Of a DNA stretch of 64,000 bases, positions 1-11,800 are shown piece by piece. The notes below the pieces were generated by a model, which was given only the letters and a program-made list of their open reading frames with translations, did no database searches and was not told where the DNA came from. Where the stretch lies: positions 37,262,001-37,326,000 of the forward strand of contig CM097888.1 in assembly GCA_044892525.1 (NCBI GenBank). The letters run 5' to 3'. The stretch is from Schmidtea polychroa. Its lineage: Eukaryota. Made by a program: the position numbers and the translations under genes. Positions within the stretch are counted from its first letter, which is position 1. The number at the start of each line of letters is the position of its first letter.

Positions 1-491
1 ATAATGTGCCTAGTCGACTGATGATAATCAGAAAGGCATTTACGAACCTTTAGGTGCAGTTTTCCGATGAGAACGGTGACTAAATTTTGTTAAAGAGCCT
101 ACTAATATGTCGATTGTGTGACATCCCCAATCACTGTGCGAATTCCAATTAACTTTCTACCTTTCGTACTCTAAATTGATACTATCTTCCCCAAATATTA
201 CTCATAAATTTTAGGCGCATCTTCAGCGACGGACCCGTGAGGAAGCCCCCACATTTCGGCCCGAATCAGCTGCGTGATTGAAATGTTCCCTACCCACCGG
301 CTGAGCACCCGAAGGCCCCTCACACCATGGTAGAAAACATTTCAACTCCACGTTTCTCATAAATTTTAGTGAAGCCAAACAAAATATAAAAATAATATAT
401 AGATTATAAAAATTATCTACTACCACTACCTTAAATAAAAATGTCTTAACCATAAAAATTATTAAAGTTCATTATTACTATAACTCAAATG

Positions 492-1125
492 AAGAGAGGA
501 AAATGTTTAATTACATTAAATTTACTCAAATAGGTTACAGGTTAAATTATTCATATGATCATACTAAATAAAACTTTACCTAAATATCTTCCAAAGGTTT
601 TCCGTCAAAGATTTTGGTCCGTGGGCTGAGTTGAATGATCGATCTACTTTGCTCGAAGTTTCTATTTGTAAATTGAATCTCTATTGTCGAAAATTCTTTA
701 ATGTTTCTGATTGTCCTGTGTACGCTAAATGTCGAAAGTTTTAACACTGATCGTAAGCTGGTTACCTAAATGTCGAAAATTTTTTAACACTGAGATTTTG
801 ATTTCAGTGCTTGCCTTATATAGTAATTTTCTATATGTGCGGACCAATCAAAATTGAGTACCGCTTAATTATTTAATTTAATTTTGATGTTTCTTAGTTG
901 CTTTTCCTATTTTTTCATTATTTTTATAATATTTTTTATTTATTTCTTTAATTTTCTTATTAATTACTTAATTTTGTGTCATTTTATTCGTTATTGTATT
1001 TTTTCCTTATCGTAATTTCTTAATTTATTATTTCTTTTGTTTCCTGAATCTTGTTTATTTTTAAATTCTTGTTTATTTTTTGCCTGTCTTATTTCCCTAA
1101 TTTCTTGTTTCAACTCAGCCCAACA
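492..1125 (-). mobile_element. 5' (U3) part of a giant LTR-like unit, probably continuing left of 492
   Basis: Minus strand starts TGTTGGGCTGAG at 1125, then ~250 bp A-rich tract, ATTGG at 848, TATATAAG at 822, TCAGT initiator-like motif near 795 and GT donor TTTAG|GTAACC at 765. Shares CATTTTCCTCTCTT with the 1524 unit. Confidence 0.7.
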
Positions 1126-1523
1126 GTATTTTAAATTTCGATTAAATTATAAGTTAAATCTATAACTAAGTTGTTTACCTTCTCGCCACTGAGACCAATT
1201 GTACGGGGTTGAAGCCTCTTACCCTTCTTCTACCTATAATTGTAGTAAATGGTGTGATCAAAAGGTATCTTCAGAAGAAAAAACATTTGCTTTATTTATA
1301 TTTTAAGTCGATGAATGCATTATTTTTTTGGCACCATGGCTTATTACTAGGAAATCGAGCTCGTCGATGTAAAATTACCGATTGAATCAGGATAGTAGTA
1401 ACTTCAAACTCACAAAATCCGATTTGATTGTGAGCTACATATTAGTTCAAGCTCTCAGAGTGTTATTAATAATTAATATATTTATGGTTGTCAAAAAACT
1501 GATTTGCTTTCGTTAGTTATTTT

Positions 1524-2040
1524 TGTTGTGCTGAGTTAAGATCAAAAGAAAAAGATTAAATAGAGTAAGTAAATAAAGAGTAAAAAAACAAAAAGCAACA
1601 ACAAAAGATACCCCAAAAATCAAAAATAACTAAATAGAAATAAGTACATTAACCAAATAAATAAAACATCAAACAAAAAATTAAAAGAATCAAAGCATGA
1701 AAAACCGATAAAATCAACAAAATATATAAATTTTAATTAAATTACTTAATTTGGCGGCGCCTAGATTTTGATTGGCCCGCACATTAGACAATACACTATA
1801 TAAGCACGGCATTCAAATGAAAATTTCAATGTCAAATTTACAACAATTTAGCTTTAGGACAAACCATAGTACAACAGATTCAATCATGAAACTCAGCTTA
1901 ATATAAACACATTCAGAAACCGCAATTACTAGCCAAGGAAACAAAAACAAGAAGATTTATAGTTATGTAATATGTTAATTATGATAAAATTTTAAATTAG
2001 CAATGTAACATTTTTTAAAGGTTCATTTTCCTCTCTTTTA
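1524..2040 (+). mobile_element. 5' (U3) part of a related LTR-like unit, divergent from the unit ending at 1125
   Basis: Starts TGTTGTGCTGAG, A-rich tract, ATTGG 1771, TATATAAG 1797, CATTTTCCTCTCTT at 2024-2037. Confidence 0.7.
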
Positions 2041-2113
2041 GTATTTAAGAAGTAAAGTAAATGTGGTTAATAAAGTGTTTTTGAAAGCTAAATCATTGTA
2101 TTTTAAATAGAAT

Positions 2114-2632
2114 TTAAATGAATTTTTCGATGAGCAGGTTCGACGGAAGAGGCGTCGCACTCGGCACATAGATAGGCGGAACGCTGGATGTCTGCATGGC
2201 GCTAGACAGAACCGGTTAATGGAGGGGCGGCAGTTGAGGCCCATGTCCTGCGCAACTGGTCAAGGCTCGTGATCCTACATCGATTTGATAGTGGATCGGG
2301 AACACGTTGGTCCTGTACTGAATCGGATATTCGCGAACTCGCTTTAAAATTTCGGCTTCAGTGTACACTTTGTGCAGTGCCTCTGATTGGGCTTTGATAG
2401 TTAGCCGCTGGCACCAAATTTCTTCCAGAAGACTGTCACGGCAGTGCTCCAATCTTAAGATCTTTGTTCGTTCTTCCTTCATTTGTGGCGGGGAGAACTG
2501 CGTGCCTTCATACGTATCGATACGTTTTTTGAGAGCCCCGATATAAGCGTGTAACTTCCTGATGTCTTCGTTCTTGTCAGCAGAAGAAAAGCAGGGTTGG
2601 AGTTCTTTAATGGAAGTGCTGGGTACTGACAT
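2114..2632 (-). pseudogene. Family F copy 1 (short variant; internal stop at 2216-2218)
   Basis: N-terminal ~115 aa align closely with ORF 38970-39731 (PCFSSADKN, YIGALKKRI, FSPPQMKEERTKILRLEHCRDSLLEE, QRLTIKAQSEALHKVY). Splice acceptor TTTTCCTTGTAG 2 nt before the ATG. Same frame continues past the stop (PVLS...) to TAA at 2114. Confidence 0.85.
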
Positions 2633-4165
2633 GCCTACAAGGAAAAGGAAAATTCTCGATCATCGTCGTTAATGGTCGTTCAGAAATACTAATGAAACCA
2701 AATAACACCACAAAATTACATAGGTGGTTTCGATTGTACCCGAAAAAGGATTATGAGTATCTTAGTAAGTCGCCATATCGTCATCACGTAAGGTCACTAT
2801 CACTACGGTCGGTTTCCTGCAAAACATTCCCGTACTCCAACAATCGGTCTGGAATTGAACTTTTATTCGGGATTATTGAGGGAAAATTACGACTCCTCAT
2901 CTGGTAGCACCCGTACCCAAAGTACCAGCGTTCGTTAAAAATGTTTCATCGACTATTCATCTTCCCTTTTGCTTTATCATCTCAATCATACTCATCCAGA
3001 AATCGTACTGAGGGTAACGAGATATATCATCATTCAGTAGTATAATATAACTTCCCCTTGACGACGGAGTAAAGGAGGGGTTGGGTGGGATTTGATCTTG
3101 ACAAATCGACAAAATCGACAACAAATAATAATTAATTTAATTATTTAGAATTTAAATTTCGTAATACTGTGGTGACTTTTCGTTGCGACACGAAAAAATG
3201 CTTATATTGCTATATTGTTGATTATATTGATATTCAGATTCACTGCAAAGTTCTTAAGTACGGTTAGTAATACTGACACGATACAGTTAGTGTTATTGGC
3301 GATTGAGTACATTCTATGGATCGTTAATTGTGTGACAGAAATACTAACAGCAACAGTGAAAACTAGGTCAATAATGGAATTTCTAATGTTTAGAATAAAT
3401 CTAGTTACAATAATAGGGATGATAGTTGCTAGGCCGGTGTTAACAATGATAATAAATGAAATAGTCCAATTAATAAGGAGGTTAACCGTTAATAATTAAA
3501 ATTGGAATAACCGAACCGTAATATTTCTAACAATGCTAACGCCAATGATTAGGTTAAAATCGATTATTATGACAACAAGCAGAATATCAACAATTAATAC
3601 ATGTAGTGGTATGGGTCATCCATGATTCCCACTCGGGACAGGCAGTTATCTACCGGCATTCATTTTCGTCTTTTTGTTACGGTAATGACTGAGGTCGTTG
3701 TTGCACTATAACGCTGACGAATTCTTGTCTGCAGTTGTCAATTTTCTCTTTATCTGACTGAATGTGTTTGCATGCCTCATATCCGGACAAGATAATGATT
3801 TCTATTTTTTAATTATTTTTGTTTTTCTTTTATTATTTATTTCGGTTTTTTCTAGTGGGTTTTCTTTGGTTTATTGTTATGTTGCTTAGATTCGGTTGGG
3901 GTTACCTTACTTATTTATTTTATTTTTATGTGGTTTCCTCTTTCATACCGGATTCAACTCCATCGAAATTTATCCCTTTGAAATTTAGCCGAACAGATTG
4001 ATACTACCTACATATCTCCGATAGGGAGTCGGAGCATTTGTGAGCCGGGTAATACATGATGTTGGTTACTTAGAGTAAATATTTATGAACTCAGTCTAAT
4101 CCCATAAGCTTCCTTCGCGATTTACGATTTGTCTCCAATATGTGTACCCAAGACGTCGTATCATG

Positions 4166-4308
4166 TTGGTGACGCGCACGCAGGTTGGAACTTACAAGCA
4201 GGTAAGCCCTAGTGTTAGGACTACTCGCTGTAAGATTCACGATACGGGTTCCTGATTGCCGATGGAATGACTTACATATCTTTCACTTTACTACATCCCT
4301 GATCCAAG
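4166..4308 (-). other. Conserved non-coding block downstream of family F (copy 2)
   Basis: Minus strand CTTGGATCAGG...GTAAGTC...GGCAATCAGGAACCCG...GAGTAGTCCTAA...GGGCTTACCTGC...TTCCAACC...CACCAA matches 17058-17191 and 39985-40131. Confidence 0.85.
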
Positions 4309-4560
4309 GAGATGAGGTTCATGCTAAGCTTATCTACCATGAGAGTTGGATCATATCCGAGTTACACCTTCGTAATTGAGCGTACTGATGAACGAGGAAA
4401 ATGATAAGAACCCAAATTTTTTTATTATATCCGTATTACAACACATACTAAATTCACGAAATCAAGAAGTTAAATCCATTCAGTTATCTAAAAAGTTCGG
4501 TTCCATTTATCAATATAGACAGACAAACCACAAGATTGTTATTAGGGTACTATCGTGACT

Positions 4561-5336
4561 TTAGTTGACCTCCATATCTCCTTCGGTCAGCAGGGCATCT
4601 ATATCCACCTGCAGCCAACGATCTTCCTGGTGAGTCGATGCTACGGATGAGATGATTCGAAAGGTATTGAGTCGTGCGATTGATTGAGGATTGGTATTTG
4701 TCTTGGCAATATCCGAGTGGGCAGCGAACAATGAAGTCTCTAGTGCTTCCATCTCCTTTCGTCGTTTTAAAGTTCTCTCAACCCTCGATGGGCCTTCCAC
4801 TTCTTTGGATTCGGACTCGTTGACTTCCCGGAATGGCTTGGAGGAACGGTAGGAAACGATTAACGGAAAGTAGATTCGGAAGTGACGCCATCATTTTTTA
4901 CCCCTTTCAGAATGGGTTCTACGATAGGGGAAAGTTCCGGACCATGCCCTGCACAGCTTGATGACGCTGGGGCATTCAACTCGTCCGCTTGATGATGTTA
5001 GGGGAAAACGTTAAGTCCGTCCTTGATCGGGAATTCCCTGACTCTTCTCAGTATCTCTGATTCGGAGTATACGTGATGCAGGGTATCTGACTGGGCCTTG
5101 ATGGTCAATCGCTGGCAACGGCTTTCCTCCAGGAGACTGTCTCGGGAGTGCACCAGTCGCAAAACGTTCATTTTTTTTTCCTTCATTTGTTGCGGGGAGA
5201 ACCACGTATGTTCTAAAATTTCAATTCGCTTTTTGAAAGCCCCGATGTAGTCTTGTAGTTTTCGGTTGTCCGCGTTCTTGTCGGCACACGAAAAACAAGG
5301 TTTCGGGCTGTGTGGAGGCAAATTAGGCTCGGACAT
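4561..5336 (-). pseudogene. Family F copy 2 (full length; 2 stops and a frameshift)
   Basis: MSEPNLPPHSPKPCFSCADKN...; ORFs 4998-5360 and 4561-4800 match the N- and C-terminal parts of ORF 38970, ending LQVDIDALLTEGD. Confidence 0.9.
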
Positions 5337-8300
5337 GACAGAAAATGTTTTAAAACACAATTTATCAATCGTAAATGAAAACTTTCCTCAATACTACCAG
5401 ACTCATTCGTCGTTCACCTTGATTAGTCAGTCACGAAATCAATATCATCCTAACTCAAATATCAATATTCATATCACGTGCGTACAAAAACGAGGTCTGT
5501 CGTACATATTGAATTCATTACGGGTAGGATTCGATCAAATTATTAATAGGTTCATTTTTTAATGGTTCAATCTTAAATATTTAAATAATATCGAGGGGAG
5601 ATTTTAAGCCAAAATACTTCATGCTAACGATACTAGAATACTGGGTCTAAAATAATTTCTAGCAAACTTTGAGATTCGATGAAATATAGTATTCTAAAAT
5701 TTAAATAAAAATGTTACTAGTAAGAATATTAGCCCTATGTTTAAATTAAGTTTCGGGTTTGTGATACAGAAATTAGTATTATGTATTTCGTCATTATTAT
5801 GGTAGTTTAGGTTTTCATATTTACTTAGTGGTTGAAATGTTTAATTAATTGACGTTTTGTTTATTCTTTCATGGCAATGTTATAAATAATGTCTAAGACT
5901 TGCAAATCCGTTGCCCCACATTTTAGGGTTATCGTGTTTACGTTGACGTTAACAGAATCTGTTTTAGTTCATCCAGTTGGTAGTTTTATGTGTATACGAT
6001 CGTGATTATTTGGAAAATATTTAGTGTATACAATTCAGGAATTGATTTAAATGATTTTCGGAATGTTTACATGCGATTTCTACTTCACGTCACAATATTG
6101 TCTTTAGCGTGATGAGAGAAACTCGATCCATTGAGGTTACGTTTATATGTGATAATATGTCCGGATGTGGTCTGCCGAAAAGTTGATGTTGACTATGCGT
6201 TTAAAAATTTAATGAATTAGCAATTCTAGAGCTTTCAAGTTTTAGTGAATTTTTATTATTGGTACATCTTAACGGAAAAGCCGTGGATAGATTTACGTGA
6301 AAATGAAGACACTGAAGCCTTGGGAGTACCGAAACGACGAAATATCGGATTTATCAGTGATGTTGCCGGAGTTACAAAAATTAATTTAGATGATTCCTGT
6401 GTAAACTTGTTGAAGTTTCCAGTAGTCTTCCTGTCTTATAAGATTTCCGGATCGCTTTTCCATAGTGGCTTTAGAAGTTCCTGAATAGTTTTCGCTCTAA
6501 GTTTTAGAAGTTTGCTATGAGAATTAATGAGAAAATTTTTTTAGTTCTTAAATTTATAAAATTTAACCTGTCGAAAATTTTTTAGAAGTTTAGGGAATAA
6601 GCCAAGTGTCCGCCTTATATAGAATTTTTCGTCCAATCAGGACTTAGTTAGGGTGTATTTTTAATATTTTTCTTATGTCTTGTGCTTTTAACAGTTTTTC
6701 TTAAACTATTTAATCGTTTTAATTTGATTAATTTATCAAGTACTTTATTTTAAATGTTTTTCCTTATTTTTGTTCATTTCTATTGGAGATTCTGTTTGTA
6801 TTTCGTTATTTTTACTTTTATCTTTGTTTTTATTTATGGTTTTATGATAAATTTTTATTTTCTTGTTTGCATTTTTATTGTATTTGTATTTTGTATTTTA
6901 CTTTACAGAATTATTTTCTTCAGCTTGTTCGTTATGGTTGTGTATTTTTGTGATTTAATTGCTACTCTTCATGTTTTTGATGCTCTGATTTTAATTATTT
7001 TTTTATTCTGTTATTTTCTCCTTTTTTATTATTTATTTTTCTCACACTTGACTGATCCACTCCCTTTTTATTATACAGGATTTATTTTTAACTAAGATAT
7101 TTTAATGACCTGTCAAGATGATTTATTATTTTATTATTAACTTTCGTAACTCCCAGCCCAACAATGAGAACCCGATAGCATTTTCAAACCACCAGCAAGT
7201 AGAATGAATCGATAAAGAGAGAAAGTTCACCCGTTGAGACAAATGATCGCGTGTGACATTAGCTAGCTACTTAAGCTGATTTTCATTCTCATTTGAAGTT
7301 GCTACAAATGCAGTTGGCCTTATCGAAATTTTGGCGATATAAATGACATCAGTGCGCTGAGTTAGCAGATTAGAGTTGACTACTATCTAGACAAGCCAGA
7401 TAGTTCACGTTATCGTTCCATGTTAAAATCTATATCACTAATCATCGATGAACCTAAGATTGACGTTGTCTATGAGTATTCGCCTAAAGATTGGCATAAA
7501 TTATTAGAATTACGGCTAGTCGAAGCCACTATACTCATTTTATGTATTGATAAGAATTAGACTCGAAAACCTTAATTGCGTAATCACAGAATTTCGATAA
7601 AAATTAATGGTGCGCCTTCATTAACGTTGGCTTTTGAATTAGATTCCAAAAATAATTTTTGTGTGCGAAAAAATTTAAGTGAATAGAAGATAAAGTTCGA
7701 TTTCATTTTTTTTATAAAACCCATTCGTAGAATATTTGAAAGTAATAGATTGAATAATTATTCCTTGAGTTACGTAATTTTAAAAAACATTAAGAACATT
7801 TAATTTTGTCATTGATTATGGTTTGGAATATGGGAACCCACGAGTAACAGAAACAATGTGCAATTATAATTAGAGTATTTTGGAATAATTAGGTATGATA
7901 AACCGACTTTGTAATTTCACTACTTCGTCACTACAGAATGCCCCAAGTAAGGCCACTACGATTGGCATTTTTATCTTCTATCAAGGATAACAATCTTAGG
8001 TTAAATAAATAAATTAATGTTAATAATTCAACTATCGTTTTTGTTGTTATCTTTAACGGGCCTACGAGCTAACGTCATCGGCACTGATTGGAAAGAGAAT
8101 GCGAGGGATTTCTATGACCTCCATAAGCTTTTTGCCGGAACCTCCCAATCAACCTTGTTATAATAAGCGTGGAACTCGAACTGTCGATACACAATGAACG
8201 GGACTTCTGTAAAATTTTCTTCTCGTAAACCTGTTGTATTGTAGAGACCCATGAGGGTGCACCTATGTATTGCTTGTTTATTTATGCTATAATATCTATT

Positions 8301-8391
8301 CTCAAATAAATATTTTGTGTTACGTAAAGTTGTGATTTTGTTTCTAAGTTCCCGTAATAGAGTTGAATAAGGCAAGAGTGTTGTGTGGATT

Positions 8392-8934
8392 GTGGGAAAA
8401 ACAAACCTGTTAAAACATGAGATTGTTCTCACCAATACAAAACCTATAAAGTTGAAACCGTACCGCATTCCATTTAGTCTGAAGGAATCGGTAGACAAAC
8501 AGGTGAAACTGATGCTAAAACATGGGATAATCAGACATAGTAAATCACCATATCAATCACCAATGATAGTGGTGGCCAAGAAAGATGGATCAGTGCGATT
8601 GTGCAATGATTATCGCATGGTAGACGAGGCAACATGCAAGGATAGCCATCCATTGCCATTTCTAGATTATATTTATGGGCGCATGAGTAACGCTAAGTTT
8701 TTCTCATTAATGGACGCCTAAAAAGGATTTTATCAAATTAAGTTAAAAGATGAGACTATACCAATAACAGCATTTTCTACAAGCATGGGTCATTACGAAT
8801 ATAATGTAATGCCTTTAGGACTCACGGGAGCTCCAGCCAGATTTCAACGAGCAATGAATTTCAAAAGCAAAGGCAATAGAGAAACCGGTGAAAAAACATC
8901 ACCGAAGAAGCACAAGGACACCGATAGCCGTTGA
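8392..8934 (+). pseudogene. pol: Ty3/gypsy reverse transcriptase N-terminal fragment with internal deletion
   Basis: [70 protein letters not shown]. Homology stops near 8860, before the YxDD motif. Confidence 0.92.
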
Positions 8935-8966
8935 GATCACGTGGTGTTCCAAGATCAGTCACTCTT

Positions 8967-10102
8967 ATGGTAATAATAAATTGTATGTTGACGTTAGCCA
9001 TGGCCAAAAGGGATAAAAAAGCATATTTTCAGCCTGTGGCAATGCAAGTAGACTACTTAAATGGAATCCGTATATTTACAACGTGTGATAATGACACAAA
9101 ATTCAATCTACATTTTTACAATAAATAAGGGGTCCGCCCACTTAACTCACTAGAAAGAGAATGGGATTTATACGATTTAAAAGCCGGGACAGATTACAAA
9201 CTACACATCGCCGCATCAAGGTTATATCAGAGTGGTTGGCATTCTTACCAAGTATCAAATTGGATACTTGGGACGGCGGATTTCAAAAATCGCATATCGA
9301 AGTAAAGTTTAGTCGACAAATTCGTGGGGAGGAAAAGGTAAAGATTAATATTCTAGACGGACTAACCACGAGGGAACTGGTATGGTTAGATCATAACTCC
9401 CCTTCCAAAGAAATGTATGTAAATCAGTCCGTAGAACATTCGGTTCTAGTTATAAACTATAGTCCGAGAAAACGACAAAACGACAGGTGGTTCGAGGTAT
9501 TTGAAGAGATATTACCTCTTAGACATCCAGTTACAACAAAAATACCACAAAAAGTAATAAGGAAGAACATGGTGATACATCCAGTGAAATGGCAACATTT
9601 CAGACAATTACCACCTATCAAACAAATATCCTGCCAGACGACTCCAAATCTGACAAACTGTTGTGATTCCAATGCCCTCACAAACTTCAAAGCTGGATAC
9701 ATTCTGAAATTACCCATAGGGGTATGGATCACTGTATCGGCAGTATTATTATTAAGAACTACATTGATAGCTATGGGCATTTGGACCAACCTATATATTA
9801 AACATACAACGCAGTGCTGATGTCGCAATTTACGTGCTACTACCCTACTGAAGGAAAAGCTTATATATAAAAGCCTAAAAAAGCAGATAACCGATCAAAG
9901 TCGGAAAGGGCAACGGCACTGGTTCTACGGTCATTGCTCGGGCATACCCAACAAATTTAAATTCTACGAGGCCCAAAAACGTCAAATGATAATAACGAGA
10001 ATTCCGGGCCAGCACAATGCCATCATTAGGCTTACAGTTGTCATGCCCGAATTTGGCCGACATTGTGTAACTTATGTTCGGCTGATAACTGAATGGGATT
10101 AA
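8967..10102 (+). pseudogene. env-position ORF: signal peptide, FN3-like domain, TM helix, Cys cluster, cytoplasmic tail (~378 codons; 2 stops, 1 frameshift)
   Basis: MVIINCMLTLAMA leader. Reading through TAA 9126 gives EWDLYDLKAGTDYKLHIAASR (FN3 L-x-x-G-T-x-Y-like). After a frameshift near 9300: TM IGVWITVSAVLLLRTTLIAMGIW, then QC*C and 93 more open codons ending 5 bp before the TG at 10108. Confidence 0.7.
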
Positions 10103-10107
10103 AATCA

Positions 10108-11800
10108 TGTAAATAACTAAAATAAATATTAAAGATAAGGGAACAAATGGGGGAAATAGGAAACGGATAAGTTAAAATAAAATAACCGCGGAAAGTCTAA
10201 ATAAAAAATAAAATAATAAAAATAAAGAAAATTAACGTACTAATGACAAATCCGAAAATAAAAATAATAATTAATAAAAAATAAGAAAAATAAGAAAATA
10301 CGATAAAAATAGCCAAAAACCCTCAAAAGAAAAGAAAATAAGAATATTTAAAATTATTTATTAATAAAGTTACACAAAAGTAAAGAAAACATAAAAATAA
10401 TAAAAAAGAGAGGAAAAAGAATAAAATCATAATATTACAACTTACTGAATTCTGATTGGGCAGAATTTGGTATATAAGGGAACAGACTGACAAATTTTTC
10501 AGTTTCTAAAATCATCGTTAAGGTAAGGAGAAAATTAATTTTTCCAGTTTCTAAAATAATCCTTAAGGCACCACAGAACGTCAATCTACTAACTATACAT
10601 ACAGGATCCTAGGACTACTAACGAGACTTATATTCGTTATATTCAGTTCACATTCAGTTATAAACCCAGCGATTTCAACAAGTGCGTTCGCTTTTATTTT
10701 TTAAGTTTATTTAAGTTAAGTAATGTGTTTATTATATTGATAAATTTCAATTTAAAGAATTTCACAGTTCGTTGTTCTCATTTCTTTTGATTTTAGGTTT
10801 ATAATATTCATTTAGGTTATACTATGATTTTTATGCTCGTCGAAAGAATGTATATGAATGTTTTAGATCGATTGTTAATCACCTTTAGTCAATTTAGTTA
10901 CATTAATAAAAGGTTCGGTCGTATGGATTTGTTATTAAAATTTGTGTTCAATATACGCTGATTATGTAGATGGGGGGATCAACAGATGGGAACTCGGTCG
11001 ACACAGACAGAAGTATTTGGAGATTGGGAAAAAGCAAAGATTTTAGTCGGAGAAATTTGATGTCATTTTCTCGAGAATTGAATGTGCGATTGGGTTTGGA
11101 ATGGCAAGAGAAGGATCAATATCAGTTACTCGGAAATTATGAACTGAGGGAGTTGAGGGAAAAGTCGATGACCGAATAGTAGACAGGGTAAGGAGGTCGG
11201 AATGAAGGGGAAGTCAGGAAAAAAGGTCGGCATCAATGGGGAAGATAACACGATGAGGAAGAAATCGACGAGTCAGATGGAGATAAACAGGCCAGATTAG
11301 GGAAGATATGAAACGAGGAATAAAGTGCCCAATGGTGGGTTAGAGCTAGGCATCAGTAATTTTTCAGTTTAATTTTTCATATATTCAAAACTTCAATTCG
11401 TTATTTTGTTTACCTGTATTATTTACAGCGTAAATTTTTTTTTATAAATATATTTTTAACATTGCAGATTCATAATGTCTAATTACCGAACCAGCCAGCT
11501 CCGTCGGTGTTGGGTGAACTGTTAGAGCCGTGGGTTCACACTTCATCCTCACTTAGACTTAGTTGTCAGGTTCGGTATGGTCATCTATGACCTATCATTC
11601 TCATAATTTGAATTTTATGTTTTTCAGATTCATGAAGATTAACGTAATGAAGATGTCGGCTCACGAAATTTAGTGTACGGTGATCGACTTGTGCTATATT
11701 CTAGACCGGATTACTGGGTGAATATCCATGGACAGAAGAGAGAATTACCTATCGAGTTGGATTTTAATCTTATCATGATTTGCTTTTCAACTTGAGTTTT
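10108..11800 (+). mobile_element. Probable 3' LTR of the gypsy remnant (right end not determined)
   Basis: TGTAAATAAC start directly after the env-like ORF, A-rich tract, ATTGG 10455, TATATAAG 10471, TCAGTT 10499, donor AAG|GTAAGG 10523, purine-rich tract about 10970-11340. Confidence 0.6.

Larger units (their letters stand above)
4060..7163 (-). mobile_element. Complete solo-LTR-like unit (3104 bp) carrying family F copy 2
   Basis: Termini TGTTGG...CCAACA; exact 4-bp TSD ATGA (4056-4059 and 7164-7167); A-rich tract, ATTGG 6637, TATATAAG 6621, donor CAG|GTTAAA 6567. Confidence 0.9.

Noticed and set aside
5-45. CTGATGA-TAATCA-GAAA hammerhead-like core with TGCCT/AGGCA pairing
   Set aside because: Stem I cannot form and stem II is 1 bp; probably chance, and the context is cut by the window edge.
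1524-2010. 487-bp solo LTR with TTTT TSD (TGTTG...TAACA)
   Set aside because: Homology with the sister module continues past 2010 (2024-2037), and TTTT is uninformative in AT-rich DNA.
4385-4400. CTGATGA...GAAA core (a similar one on minus near 37040-37053)
   Set aside because: No compatible stems I and III or cleavage triplet.
6754-7095. Hydrophobic F/I/L-rich ORFs (also 3819-4001, 13315-13578, 35580-35780, 57745-58041)
   Set aside because: Translation artefacts of T-rich strands, mostly the LTR A-tracts; not membrane proteins.
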